The notes under the pieces were generated by a model. It had not been told where the DNA came from, searched no databases, and saw only the letters and a program-made list of their open reading frames with translations. The translations under genes were made by a program, and so were the position numbers. This document shows, one piece after another, positions 1 to 13,900 of a DNA stretch of 64,000 nucleotides. The stretch's first letter is position 1, and every line of letters begins with the position of its first letter. Origin of the DNA: Azolla caroliniana (taxonomy: Eukaryota > Plantae > Polypodiophyta); NCBI GenBank assembly GCA_043228905.1, contig JBHGNT010000004.1, positions 13,082,001 through 13,146,000 on the forward strand. Direction: 5' to 3'.

Positions 1-454
1 CCGGCCGACAAAGGAGCAAAGACCAGAATGTGAAAGGGATGGTTATTCGGAATATATTTAATTAAGTAAAGTAGATTATAATTATGTAGTGAACGGATAG
101 ACCGGAATCGGTATGCTGATCCGGATCCGGACCGATTCCGAACAGGTGCCGGTTGGCACCGTTTTGTACGCAGTACCGATGACCTATATAAAGGCCCGGT
201 TACAATGTAAAACTTTAACGGAGAATTAATATAAGCTTCTTGTTTTATCTTCACGTATTGATTACCGTTCTGTCTTAATTGTTATATCTTACGCGTGTAT
301 TAAGTGAAGGCCTTATTGCTAAGTAGCCAATTAAGTCAGATTAATCGTTGTGTCTTAAGTTATCTCGCCGTAACACCCCTTTGGTGAAGTGTCTTCCGGA
401 GACACCCTGTGTTAGGCTAGTGTCCGACCCTAAGGATTAACATAACTTTTAACA
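1..454 (+). mobile_element. Partial LTR-like sequence (3' part)
   Basis: TATA-like CTATATAAAGG near 184, AT-rich U5-like tract, ends ...TTTTAACA; no partner in window. Confidence 0.3.
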
Positions 455-473
455 CACATAGTACATTGTATTG

Positions 474-773
474 TGTTAATCATATGGAAACTCTTGGGAA
501 ACTATCCACATTCGATTGTGAACTTATATATATTGTAGACTCTAGTGTATAGTACATTCGAGAATATTCTAGTCGTTAGTATATTCTAGAATTATTCTGT
601 GGTATATTCTAAACGAGTATATTCTCGAGATATTTCTCGGGTATATTCTAGAGATATTCAATCTCGGAAATTGTATAAATACTTGTAACATCCTTGGTCC
701 CTTTCAAAGGATTTAACACTAGTCATTCACACATCAATCTAGTATTCTCATTTCGCCTCATCTTTGTCTCCAT
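474..773 (+). mobile_element. LTR fragment interrupted by the element starting at 774
   Basis: Starts TGTTAAT; degenerate TATTCTAGA repeats like those in the chromovirus LTR at 44375; TATAAATA near 675. Confidence 0.3.
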
Positions 774-1188
774 TGTCGTGAAGATTCCGGGCCATGGTGA
801 GAAATCGGGGAATATGGGAAGAATCGGCGGGGTGGAGCATGTGCAGTTACCCTTGTATAAATGTGTGAATAATAGGGGTGCCTTTATGGCGCCAAGTAGG
901 AGTTAAGTCGGGACAGACAATCCCATCTAAATCGGGATTTATCCCACATTTTTACGCACCTCCCTCCTTGTGCTATAAAAGGAAGGGAGGGTCCCTTGTA
1001 AAAGGGTTGCCCATTTTGAGTTAGGAGGGTATACCACTAGGTTCAAAGTAAGTTAGTTTCTTTCTCTTTATTTTCTCTTGCCTAGAGTTTCATCTAATTC
1101 TGCTTCTTCTTCATCGTTTTGTGTGAGCTAGTCTTGGCATCTAGCAGTTATGTTTCGGCCTTGTCTCCTACGCAAGACCCTGCTTGGC

Positions 1189-1864
1189 TGTTAGGAAACA
1201 AGTCCCTCCGGATGGGAAGTGAGAAGAATAGTGTCGATGAGCAAACTCGAGTGTGGAGTACCTGGCTATGGAAGACCCGGTGAGAACCGGATGACGAGTA
1301 CCGGGCAACGGAAGACCCGATGAGAACCGGATGTGGAGTACCCGGCTACGGAAGACCCGGTGAGAACCGGATGACGAATACTTGGCAAGAGCCGGATGGT
1401 GAAGGCCCGGTGAGAAGTGCTCACCGGATGAAGGGACATATTCGTAAATATGTTTTCTGAGAGTCCATCGGGGCTATATTTGTAAATAGCCGAAAAGTCA
1501 TATTAGTATAAATATGACTTAGGGCAAACTTAGTGGTATAGTAGTTGTCATTCTTGTTGGTGCAAGATTAGAGTGCGTAACTGTGTATAGAGAGAGAGAA
1601 GAGAGGAAGAGGTCGTTGCCTCTGTTGTAACCGCCGCTTGTGGCGAAGATAGCAAGCTCGAGGTCGTTGCCTCAATGCTTTACTATTGTACATTGTGATA
1701 TAGTGATAGTTTGTAGTTTGTGGGCTACCGTGGTTTTTCCCTAGTTTGGGTTTTCCACGTTAACATCCTATGTACTCTTCTCTTTACTATGTCGTGCGTT
1801 CATTACCCGTTTTCTGTGTTTGATCCTAGCCTCGGTTGTGCTTAAGGAGCGTGTATTTCGGTCA
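1189..1864 (+). mobile_element. Solo LTR (copia family)
   Basis: TG...CA ends, perfect 5-bp TSD TTGGC; shares TATA-region and U5 motifs with 32803-33503 and 39627-40233. Confidence 0.85.
1252..1390 (+). repeat. 40-bp tandem repeat, about 3.5 copies, alternating variants
   Basis: GGAAGACCCGGTGAGAACCGGATG core recurs every 40 bp. Confidence 0.85.
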
Positions 1865-2088
1865 TTGGCGCGATGAGCCCGAGAGCTCCCCGATCGACGG
1901 CATGGTAGTAGACAACTATTGTATCCTGAGCTTCCTAGGTCCGGCTTGAAGCCGATATTGTATCTTGTTCTTGTAAATTTACATGTGGAAGCTTCTGTGT
2001 TCAGTGTCTGTGTGGGTGTCTTTAGTGTTCTCTTTCTTTCGTTTCTGTACATAAGGGCGTGAGTTGGGCTGGTGTTGCGTGTGTGCGT

Positions 2089-2089
<1 letters not shown>

Positions 2090-2147
<58 letters not shown>

Positions 2148-2161
2148 CTCTCTCTCTCTCT
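2090..2161. repeat. (CT)n microsatellite inside LTR
   Basis: Directly visible. Confidence 0.95.
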
Positions 2162-2348
2162 ATCCATCTCGCCCTCCTTTTTGTTCAGTAGCCCCCTGTA
2201 CCCAACCGGTAACGTTCCGGTTTTGTGCTACTTTGGTGCGGCCGGTCACGGAGGGAGTTAGTCTCCCAGTACCCTCTACTCCCTAGTCCAAGACCCCCAC
2301 GGTCCCGCCTTGGATCCTGCATGTACTCACGAAAAACCGCGACATCTT

Positions 2349-2366
2349 TGATGAACCCAATGTGAA
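2349..2366 (+). other. Primer binding site, tRNA-Trp (CpG-decayed)
   Basis: TGATGAACCCAATGTGAA, 4 nt after LTR end; compare intact TGGTGAACCCGACGTGAA at 4138-4155 (-). Confidence 0.75.
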
Positions 2367-2859
2367 GGAGCGGCAAGGGAGGATGGAGTTGGAAGACAAT
2401 CAAAGGCGTTTCGAGAGTTCGAGCGGTGGTGTCGCGAAAATACAACGAGGATACGTGAACTTTGAGGTAGGACCCCAGGGCCTCCGACCAGAGAATATCA
2501 AATTTGTGTGTTTATGTACTAAGAATTAACCAAAATAAGAAAGATTGACAAATTTCATTAACAAATAGAAATAAAGATTACAATCGATCCCAAGATTGGG
2601 ATTACAAAAGTTTAGCTTATGGAGATTACTAGAATAATAGATTAGAAGAAACTAAATATGGATTCAATAGAAATTTAGGGTTTTTAGCTTTGATAAGAGA
2701 TTATGGTTTATGAGTTCAGTAGCTTCCGTATGGAAAATTTGGAATTATGAGTGATAGATCTTCCGTAGGGAAAGTTAGGGTTTTTGGGTCTTATGGCTTC
2801 CGTAGGGAAATTAGGGTTTATGAGCCTTATGGCTCTTGACACGGCCATCCGCCATTGAC

Positions 2860-4114
2860 TCGTCCATAGCCATCTCTGACTTGATGTCATTTTTCGTGGC
2901 TATCTCTTTATACTCATAGGCCTCGTACCCATTCATCCTCTTGATCGATCAAGCCTCGATTATTCTTCCCTCTTCTTTGTATGTGTTAGTTTTGGCCTTC
3001 ACTCCCTCGTCGCCACCTTCCATCTCTTGGGTCTCACGTTTGCTTTCCGACGCATCTGCCCAAGTCTCTGGAACAAGTGTGGAGAAAGTCTCGACACGGC
3101 CATCTGCCATTGACTCGTCCATAGCCACCTCTGACTCGATGTCGTTTTTCATGGCTATCTTCTTAATCATGTCGGCTTCACACTTTTTATCTCCCTTGAT
3201 CATGCAAGCTTTGCTCATGCTTGCACCTTCATCACTTGATGTTTCAGACACGATACGTGTTTCAAAACATTTGTCTTCACTTGAAGTGGCATTCGCCACC
3301 CTCGATTCATTTGCTTCATTCTTCATCATTGTTTCTTTGCAAGACAAGAAGGCGTCTTGTTCCACACCTTCTCCTGTGGTGTTGTTGTACCGAACTCGGG
3401 CCTTTGCATTGACCGTAACATTAATCCGCATTTGTTGGGAGGCCTCTTCTTCCTCGCTCATCATCTACTTCAGTTTTTGCTCCTTTTGAAGCTTCTCTTC
3501 AGCCTCAACTTGCGCCTTTAAGTTCTCGAATGCCTCTTCCATCAAGACTTCTATGTCGAGTATTGTTAAACCTTCCCTCTTCAATTTTTCTTCTTTAGGT
3601 GGTAGTTTGTAGTTGCATCCTGTCCTCCTTTCACCATCCCTCGTACGTTGTGTAGTCGCCGATGAGAATCTTGTCTTCCTCTCATCATGAAGTCGACATA
3701 CTCTTTCCACTTTTGTCCAATCTTCTATGAGGCCATTTGCACCATTATCATCCTCAAGTCGGATTCCAATGGCATTCCTTTCCTTCCGATCGATTGACTT
3801 CACAAACATTAGGACTTTTTCCACCCCCACCAATCTTTGATCCCGCTTTGAGAGTTGTGCAAAGCGACACCCAAACTCAACGAAAGCATGCATGGCACTT
3901 TGGTGGGTCTTCCGATAAGTTGGTAGGAGAGAGAGGGTGGGTTAGTGCATTGGAACCCACTGAAAGGGTGAGGTGCATCCACTCAGATAGCATGGGGAGG
4001 TCGAATGACTGCGGCCACGTCAATCCGCTTCTTTTCTTTTCTTGTAGATGATACCCATTGGTCGAACTCGTATAGTTTGCATCTCTTCGACTCTTTGTAT
4101 CTATATGCCTCCAT
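2860..4114 (-). pseudogene. Gag-like ORF with acidic VPETW-repeat extension, disrupted
   Basis: RFAQLS...VLMFVKSID...EDW segment aligns by eye to gag at 7500-7720; stops and frameshifts. Confidence 0.65.
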
Positions 4115-4137
4115 GAGATATCCTCCTGCCGCCTTGT

Positions 4138-4155
4138 TTCACGTCGGGTTCACCA
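4138..4155 (-). other. Primer binding site, tRNA-Trp
   Basis: TGGTGAACCCGACGTGAA, complementary to the plant tRNA-Trp 3' end as recalled. Confidence 0.85.
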
Positions 4156-7113
4156 AAGATGTCGCAAAAATACGACGAGGATACATGAACTTTGAGGCAG
4201 GACCCCGGGGCCTCCGACTAGAGAATATCAAATTTGTGTGTTTATGTACTAAGAATTAACCAAAATAAGAAAGATTGACAAATTTCATTAACAAATAGAA
4301 ATAAAGATTACAATCGATCCCAAGATTGGGATTACAAAAGTTTAGCTTATGGAGATTACTAGAATAATAGATTAGAAGAAACTAAATATGGATTCAATAG
4401 AAATTTAGGGTTCTTAGCTTTGATAAGAGATTATGGTTTATGAGTTCAATAGCTTCCGTATGGAAAATTTGGAATTATGAGTGATAGATCTTCTGTAGGG
4501 AAAGTTAGGGTTTTTGAGTCTTATGGCTTCCGTAGGGAAATTAGGGTTTATGAGCCTTATCGCTTCTGTAAGGGAATTAAGGTTTATGAGAAGGAAAAGA
4601 AAATTAATGGAGAGAAAGAGAGTATGAGTGTAGGAAAAAAAAATGGAATTTTATATGGAGTTTTCCGTTGATCATATGTGAAAAGAGAGATGATGATAGA
4701 AAAGAGAGAGAAGGAAGATATAGAAACCCAAATCTACAAAGATATATTAAGAAGGAATGATGATTATAGAAACAAGAGAAAGAAGATACATAAACTCAAA
4801 CCTACAAGGATGAATTGATCACTAGAAAAACGCACTACATGAATAGGCAAGAAAAACACCACAAGAAAAAAGCTCTCCTCACCACCTCACTCTTCTTGCT
4901 TTATATGAAGTTCTCCTCTAGTAGACAAGTTTCGCTTGCTTTCTTTTCCACGCTTTTTTTTAGAGCTTTTCCATCTCCTATTCTTAGATATGACACAACG
5001 ATCTTCTAATCGTCATATCTCCCTCATCCATGCTCCAAATTTAGAGTTTTAAAAAGCTACGGATAGATCTTGTCATAAGCTTTCTAACCCATATTTGCAC
5101 ATTTTATTTGGCTTCCAAACGAATGAGTTATGAGCGTTCGTTGTAGACTGTATTTTGGTGGCCCGTTTTTTTCTTCTTTTACTTTTCTCCATCTTTCTTG
5201 CTTTTAGTTTGACTTATCCTTAAGACCTTAGCTCGTGATCTTGCCCTCCGGATGTGAACGCACCATACCTTATATTCTTGTAGTGTTCAATACCTTGAAT
5301 TCTAAAAACACTTTCACAATATGCATGTCCACTTTTTGTTGCATGGCCTCTACTTTTAGTTGCATAGCTTTTTCTTTTAGTTGCATGGCTTTTTCTTTTA
5401 GTTGCATTTGATCGTCCACGTGACCTTTTTACTTTAGTTTTCTTCACTTCACTTTAATTAGCCACATGATCCTATCATCTGTTTGGTTTGCGTTTAGCCT
5501 CATCCGGTCGTCGGTTCCGTCCGGTCGCCGATTACCGCCGCCAGTTTTCGGTTTTGCTTACCGGCCGGTTTCCAATTTTGCTTAACGGCGGGTTTCGGTT
5601 TTGCTTACCGGCCGGTATCCAGTTTTTGGGAACTTGGCGACCATTATCCATCAAGACAAAGTGGCCTAAGTGCTCTTAGCACAAATGAAAATGAGGGGTC
5701 TCAAGGTGCTTATATAGCCAGGGCCTTAAGTTTCCTATCTATGTGGGATAAATCATAGTTCTTTTTTCCCTATCTTCTCAAACATCAATCTTTCTATAAC
5801 ATGCCATTAAGCTAATATAAAGTACTTATTTTATTATTTATTTTTTTACATAGTGTGAGAAGATTCACACGACAGTGGCTTGCTCGGCTCTTGGAGCGGG
5901 AACAAGGTCTGGTGGGGGTGGACAAAGTCCTGTTGTTCGTTAGGTTAATCGACTGAGTGGAACGGGAGGCCATCGGAATTGAGCTCGAAGACGACGATGG
6001 AGCGAATGGCGTTACCGAGGACTGGTAAGAAGTCGAACGAGTAAGCCGACGGTTGGACGAGGAGCGGTCCATGAAAAGCAAAAGTAAAATAACGCGCGAC
6101 GGTGTGTCATCATAGCAGGAAGCGAGCACGCAACAAGAAGGATCAGCAAAGCTCGATGTCAAAGCCTTGCTCCGGGAAGCGTTTGAGGCTCTGAAGGCGA
6201 TGGTTGACGAAGAAGAGAGATCCAACACGCGGGCGGATTCCGAAAACTCAGAGCTAGTCGGCCTTCCGGACAAGGCGAACATGGCCTAGCTAGAGGCCGA
6301 AGAATGATACGACGATACCATAGGAGAGGGTGTGGAGCGAGACGCCCTCTCGACTTGCGGAGAAAGACTGGCCAAGGAGGAGGTCAAGAGCGGAGAAAAG
6401 CCCTCCACGTGGATTCCGGAGACTCCGACAGTCGAGCCCGTTTTCATGGAGAAAACCGTCCCTAGGAGGAATCGGTGGATGGTGTGCGTGAACCAACCCT
6501 TACACACGGGCACATGTTTTGCTATATTTACATACATGGTTAAATACAGGTCGGCGATGTAATTATCCTAGCTAGCACGAATTCTTTAAGTAGGGAATCG
6601 AAGAGGATCTCTGTCCAAAAGGGAAGAGAATAACAATGATTTAATAGTCTGTAAACGACTCTCTCTCCTTGTGCTATAAAAGGAGGGGAAAAGAGTTGAG
6701 TAGGGAGGGCACATTTTGAGAGGACGAAGTGTTGTCGGACTAGGAACCGAGCTCTGTGCTCCACCATCGTTGTTGCTTCTACAGGGATTTTGGGTTAAGT
6801 TGGCTGCCTCTGCTACATGAAAGCCCGTGTGCTTCCAATAGAGGCTCCAATGCGTATTTCAGTGCGCGTGTTGAGTCTGTCACTAGCTTGCCGGTTGTAA
6901 CATTGCAAGGTCTGTAATCTATACTGATTTAGAATTGATTCTCTCATTTCTGTCTCTTTGTGTTTTCTGCGAATCTCTCTCGCTCACATTTCTCACGCTC
7001 CTCGGTTCAGGGCCCTCGCCGTCCCGCCTTATTTCATATGCGAAAGGCAACAATTTGGTGAACCCACAAATTTGGTGAACCCAATGTGAAATAAGGCAAC
7101 AAACGAATAAAAA

Positions 7114-10100
7114 ATGAGAGGATCAGAGCTCGCCGATACCATGGCGGCAGCAGTCAATCAGATAGTAAGTGCTCGCTAGGGCACGAGCCTTGTCGACAGG
7201 GCCATTGAAGCAATTGTCGGCACAATAGGCCAGTTCGATGGGAAGGATGCCACGAGTTATTTGGTGGCCTACCGGGCTGAAATGGTGATGAGGGAAATCC
7301 CGGAGGAGAGGCGTCTGGCTCGGTTTCCTTGGGTAACGACACCGAGCATCCATGTAGAGGTGCTTGAGGTGCAGGCTGGATGCCGGACCTGGGGGGAATT
7401 CGAAGCGCAGCTCCTCGAGTGGTATGGGCTTGATGAAACGCTTTGGTTATCGAAGTGGGACTTTATGGATTGGGTAGAGACCCCAGAAAAAAGGAGGAAT
7501 GCGTCGGCGCTCCTCCGGGAGTTCAAGGAACACTTCGCACGTCTTTCGGCACTGGACAGGACTGTGTTGGACACGAGTCGTGTCCTTTATTCATCAAAGT
7601 TGTGGACGTGCGAGATCGGGAGCAAGTGGGTCTCCTGTTGGAGACGGACGATGGGTTGACGGTCGATTGGGCTGTGGTAAAAGGGGTCTGCGGCCATTTC
7701 GACAAACGACGTGAGTGGGTCGACAAAGACTCATTGGGGGCAGGAGCGGTTGTGGCAAGAAACCTCGAAGGACCCCCACCAACATGCAAGGAGGAAACCC
7801 GGGATTGGCTTGAGACAGGCTCGTCCGGCATGGTCAAGGGCCCGTCCGGCGGAGCGGCTCTAGAAGAACTGACGCAGATGGTACGAGACCTCCAGATTGC
7901 ACAAGCAAGGAGGGACGACGGCGAGCAACCTGGAGGAATGAAGAGACGGGGAGGAATGAAGAGACTGATGGAAGAAGAGGCGGCACGCCAAGCAGAGACC
8001 ATCCACTACTCGGCGTCAACAGGAATCAGGGTCGGGAGTGATAAAGGCCGGAAGACGAAAGACTCCGGGTTTTGGCCGGTGGTGCTAGAAGGCCTCACTG
8101 GCGTGCGATTGAGAAGGGAGGAAGTGAACCGTGCAGAAAGACGGGTCTGGGAGGTCACCGGGTGGAGCGATCTGGTCAAAGAAAAGACCGGCTTTGTGGA
8201 AGCCGCGTGCCAGAACTACAAAGTTCTGGAAGAAGATAATCGTGCTGGAAAAGCCGATCCAGGTCGAAACAGAATGACACCGGTGCTGCCGGCACACCGG
8301 ATAAGGCAAAGAAAGCTGGTTACCGATTGAGCACCGAGATAGAAAGAACGACGGACCTGCGGAAGGTCCTTGAGGAACGAATCCTCGACAACAAGGTGGA
8401 GTTGTCGTTGAGGGAAGTGCTTGGGATCGCCAAGAAAGAATTCCATGACTCCATCGTGGACTTGGTGAAGCAAAAAAGGCTTTTGACGGAGCCGGAGCCG
8501 GAGCCGGAGCGGCCGGTGGAGGTGCGAACGACGCACCTAGAAGACATGGACCTGGAAGACGAGTTGGTGGAAAGCCACTATTCCAAGTTGCACTAGGCCA
8601 GAGCCACTACGGAGATTCCGGTTAGGAACAAGGACGTCCAGGAACCGGTGGTGGCATTAGTAGACCACAGTTCGGAGGTCAACCTGATGGCTATGGACTT
8701 CTACAAGAAGGGAAAGTGGCCAATCAACACCAAGCACGGGTGGAAAATACGAGCGGCGACGCGCGCCACGGAGGAGCTATATGGGGCCTGCTCGAATGTG
8801 CGGGTGAAATCAGAGATGTCGAGAGTGACCAACACTTCTTCGTGCAGGAGACATATTCGCATCTGGTGATACTCGGAGAACCGTACATTACGACAACGCG
8901 TATGGAGACGAAAGTGTTGGATAACGGTTCGGCGTACACACGCGTGAAGAGCCAAGATGGACGACACTCTGTCCAATTCCTGACCGTGCAACCGAACCAT
9001 GAGCGCAACTGCAAGAACCTCGGCGGCGAAAGCCGAGGGGATTTTTAGAGAGGGGTATCAAGGCGTGGGGCCGCGATAGTCCAGACACCCTAGAAGATCC
9101 CCACACCTGTACCATAGGTCGGAAGTTTTGGCTCTCTGATACCGGAGGTTGTACGATAGCCGACATCATTGGCTGGGAGAAGAAGCGGGCAAAGGAACGA
9201 CTCGGGATATGTGGAGACCTCACCCCTGATGAGGAAATTAGTGGCGTCGTGGAGGCGGTCTCTTTCGACGACACCCTCGGGGAAATCGGGAAGGTGATCG
9301 AAGAAGGCCTCAGTGAAGACCGGAGGATTCCAGTTAACTCGGTGGAAATGTACGAAGTCATTACCGAGATCGGACCGGATAGCCTGCGTGTATACAAGGT
9401 AGAAGAATGTGGACCGGAAGGTGAGGCCAGTCTTGGCACCCTTGCTGGAGGTCAACGGGTTACGGATGAAAGGGGTCACGTCGGACCCAAGTCTACGGGA
9501 TCCGGCCGGCATAGGACACCGGTTCACCAACATAACGCTACAGGAGCTCAAGGTTGGTGGGGGTGGCTTTCTACTATCAACGGAGGAGGAACGATTTCGG
9601 ACAATGATCGGGAGGCATTCACATTCTCGCAGGAAGAGCACGGGTGCGTGGACCCGATGGTCATTGAGCCAATGGTTATTTTTACGGTACCTCATGTGCC
9701 GTGGAATCTCAAACTGATTCCAGTACCTAGAGCTCACATCCCGATGTTGATGGAGCAGTTGAAGCAGGAGGTGGAGATGGGCATCCTCGAACCGTGGATG
9801 CCCCATACTCGAATCAGTGGTTTACCGTGCCTAAGAAGAACGGCACGTTGCGCTTCATTCAGGACCTACAGCCGGTCAATAAAGTGACCATTCGGAACGC
9901 AGGAGTCAGACCGATGATAGACGAGTTTGTAGAGGCCTTCGGACGGAGGTCAATCTATTCGGTCGGGGATCTATACTCAGGGTACGACTAGTTCCAACTA
10001 GCCGAGGAGAGCAGGAATGTCACGACGATGCGGACACCTCTCGACTTAGTGCGGATGTTTACCCTGTTGTAGGGAGGGACAAACACAGTGGCGCACATGG

Positions 10101-10237
10101 TGAATGCGATGAACAAGGTGTTGAGGGACTGCATCCCGGACTCACCATGCCATTTTTGGACGATATACCGATAAAGGGGTGCCCAGTGGAGGATAAGGAT
10201 GAAACGGTTGGGCCGGACGGATGCTGGAAATTCGTGG
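7114..10237 (+). pseudogene. gag-protease-RT(5') of the 6430-22064 element
   Basis: FDGKDATSYL gag motif, ALVDHSSEVN protease, FIQDLQPVNKVTIRNAG and DLYSGYD RT motifs; many disablements. Confidence 0.85.
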
Positions 10238-10967
10238 TGTTGTCCGCCGGAATAGTAACCGACAGAAAAGAGCGTAGGAATAAGAAATAATATAAGATCA
10301 TAATGCATGTAACGGTTCACGCAGGAAGTGTGAACGACTAAAAAGACCCTGCGTATATAAAGGGCAGAAAACCTCTGATAGAGGGGGCGTGTAATTTTGG
10401 AATGTAAAGAAGCATATCGTGATAGAATTCTATCTTCTCTGAAAATCTGTATATAGCTACGACTAATCTACTATGTGTCTGGAATACCTGAGAGTGTAAG
10501 AACGTCAGTGTGTAACCACTGATAAGGAGTCGGTTGTAGCCGTCTCCCTTATACGCTGTTAGGTTACAGGGAACATTCCCCTACGTATTACGCATAGACG
10601 CCACCATTCGTTGTTTCACAATCACTTGGAGGTCTAGGTCGAAGGACTGACCGCAGACCGTGTTCCTAATCGGTAACAGTTTTGGCACGCTTGCTGATCT
10701 GTGTCTTCTCCCAGACGAACAATGACGAATGGATTTTTAGCCGTAGATGCCCCAGAGATCCAACACGACAAGACCGACCAATCACAAGGTCCATCACACG
10801 CCAGGCAGAGGAACGTGCACGGCAAAAGCCTCACCTTAGCGACCTCAGTACTACCTGTCGTGATTACAAAGGTGATTCTTCGCTCTCCAAATACCTTGAC
10901 GATACGCGGGGAGCACGCTCACCACAGCAACATTGTTGTCTTTCCCGACCCGCCGTAGCCCCCAGCA

Positions 10968-13900
10968 TGGCCTTTGCCTATCCCGGCTTTAAAAGCGAAA
11001 CCGACGCCGCAACCCATATTCACATGTTCCTCAATGTCTCGAATGCGAACCACATGGCGCAGAGCCTTTCGGAGGCGGTAGCGCACCAGTCGAAAATGAC
11101 GGAGTTCGGGCTAACATTGGATGGGCGATTGGCATTTTGGCATTGACATATGGATTTGCTAGCAATCACGACCTTCGATCAACTGCAGTCCGCTTTCTTG
11201 CGGTTCTTCCATCGGAGGGTTCCACAACGCGAAATCCTTGGACAGTTCTACACGATTAAGCAACTGCCGACCGAAACGATCGCAGACTTCAGCTTACGTT
11301 TCCAAAATTTACGGTGGAAACTAGAATGGAGCCCCGCGAAGGACGAGGCTCGAGAGACATTTCTGGCAGCATTACACCGACCCATACGGACAACGCTCAA
11401 CAACAATAGCGTGAAAGGGGAAACAGCGGATATGGTCATTGAACGAGCGTTACAGCTCGAGTTGGACGAGGAGGAGGAAATGTTTTCTATGTCCTCCTTA
11501 CGACAAGCGTTACCCAAGGACGAGGAACGCCAGTTTCGTCAAGCAATCGAGTGCACGATTTGCTTGAACTCAGGGCATTCCGCAGTGGAGTGCAACATGC
11601 GAATCCACTGCCCAATCTGCCACTCGAAGGCTCACATAGTCGACCAATGTGACTACAATATGTTGAACAGAGTCACTCCCACAGTACGCAGCATGGCCAC
11701 ACAGCGTCCCCCACGCCGTACTGAACAAAGGAGACAAGAAGACCGACCACGGTATGTGGATCGCAACCCACGTGACGACCGGCACCACCAGAATCGCCAA
11801 AATCACAATGATTACGAGGAAGACGAACCAGAGGATGAGGATTACCGTGGACCTCCGAGTTATGCTAAAGGGGGCCGGCGCTATGAGAATCACCAGCTGA
11901 CAAACAAACGTGGAGGCTTCAATGGTTATCGTGGGAAGCCGCGGTAATATCAAGACCACCGGCGATACGACGAAAGCTCGGGAGATGAGCGACACCAAGA
12001 ACCACGTCGGGACCAACAGCAACCACTGCATGCGTTTTGACAAACGAGGCCGGACCATGAGGACCAAGTCGCAGTAGGGGATCGACACACACCACCAAGA
12101 GCCCAGAAGGGAGAATCAAGCATCCATTGTTTTGTTTGTCAGTAGCCCAGACATTATGCCATGCAATGCCCAACATGCAAGGGCAAGGGGCCCGCCGTCA
12201 ATACGATTACGACGGAAGTACAACAAGTCACGACACGCCAGCAAACAAAAACGGTTGATTGGGTTGTGCAAGATGAGATATGACGACAATCCCAGGCATG
12301 GGTGGAAAAACCAAACGCGACCAATACAGAGCGCATGCGGAAGGAGTCCGCGAATACGAGGGAGCGAGCGGAGGATGAAGAACCGGTCCCCGACCCCATT
12401 TGGCAGGCATTAGCGGGCTGCGAGATAACGTTAACCATGGAGAAGCTACTGCAGCTAGTCCCACGCTTCTGCCAGACCATAGAAGAACGGGTGACGGGCA
12501 TACCCGGGGTGAGAGTCGCTACAAACCTTACAGACGTTAGCGACAGACCACCTGTAGTGGATCACCACAACACGGCTATTACATTGATATTACACGGATA
12601 GGAAATTCTTGGATGCGTAATCAATGGCGGCTTAGGCGTTAATGTAATTAGCGTGAAAACTTGCAAGCAGTTAAGCATTTCAGAATAGGAGGCTTGCCCA
12701 TTCTGGCTCCAAATGGCGGATACCCGCTCAGTACGACCATTGGGGTTAATTCGCAAGATAGGCATTATCGTGGGCGGACATCGCTTCGACATCTCAGCGG
12801 TCGTCCTCATACCTAGTGCTTCTGGGCAGACCGTAGCTTCGGGCAACAAATATTAAGCAGAGCTAGCAACACAAGTGTATCAGTTTTCAACACGGACGCA
12901 TTAAGGTTTGCGTACCTACGGAAGGAAGCACGCCACAACCCAAGGGTATAACACCATTATACGTAGAAGATATAAATATGTTGGCTGGGGTGGCGGATGC
13001 AGAATTAGAGGCATACCTAGATGAGCACCTTCCGATCATTCCGCTGTTCGAAATCGACGTCATCGCAACCGCGGCAGAATATGCCACGACCATTATTCTC
13101 AACGACGGGGCTTACGAACCAAACCCAGAGTCCATATTGGAACTCAGTAGAGCATGGGCGGCATTCGAAAGGGAAATGGAAATTTCACGACGAGTCACCG
13201 CCTCCTCCCTGGAACCCCGTTTCCTCTCCATCAAAAAGGAATTAAGGCCGAACTAGAGAAACATGATGATCGCACTACTCCAGAAATATAAAGATGTGTT
13301 CACTTGGGCTCACGAGGACATGAAGGGGTTAGATCCCAAGTTCTATCAACATAAGATCAATTTAGCAACTAACGCAAAACCCATCTAGCAGCGCCGCTAC
13401 CACATGAACCCGAACTACACAACCCCCATAAAAGAAGAAATTGACAAACTCCTGAAGGCGGGGTTCATACGGCCAATTAAACAAGCCACATGGTTAAGTC
13501 CGATAGTAGTTGTTCCAAAGAAAAACGGCAAAATACGAGTATGCGTGGATTACTGAAAATTAAACGTCGTAACCATTACAGACGCATTCCCTTTACCATT
13601 CACTGATAGTGTACTAGACGTCATCGCAGGACATGAGATGTACAGTTTTTTAGATGGTTTCAGTGGGTATAACCAAGTATGCATGCATCCCGAGGACCAA
13701 GAGAAGACAACATTTGTCATGGACTAGGGAGTCTATGTGGTAGTCGTCATGATGTTCGGCCTAAAGACGGCGCCGACAACATTTCAATGGACAATTATGG
13801 AGATCTTTGGGAAATATATTCCGGCGTTCATGCAAGTTTTTTTAGATGACTTTGCGGTATATGGGAGAACAATAGACCATTTTACGCATCTGCAACTTTG

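Larger units (their letters stand above)
2430..5874 (-). mobile_element. Non-autonomous tRNA-Trp-primed LTR element with internal deletion
   Basis: 5' LTR 4160-5874; partial 3' LTR 2430-~2834 nearly identical to 4160-~4560; TGTCG...CGACA termini; 4-bp TSD GTGG; PBS 4138-4155. Confidence 0.85.

Noticed and set aside
1979-2286. ORFs rich in RE/SL repeats
   Set aside because: Translations of the (CT)n microsatellite
2670-4590. Interstitial telomere (TTAGGGTTT motifs)
   Set aside because: Isolated telo-box-like copies within ~33-bp LTR repeats, not tandem TTTAGGG
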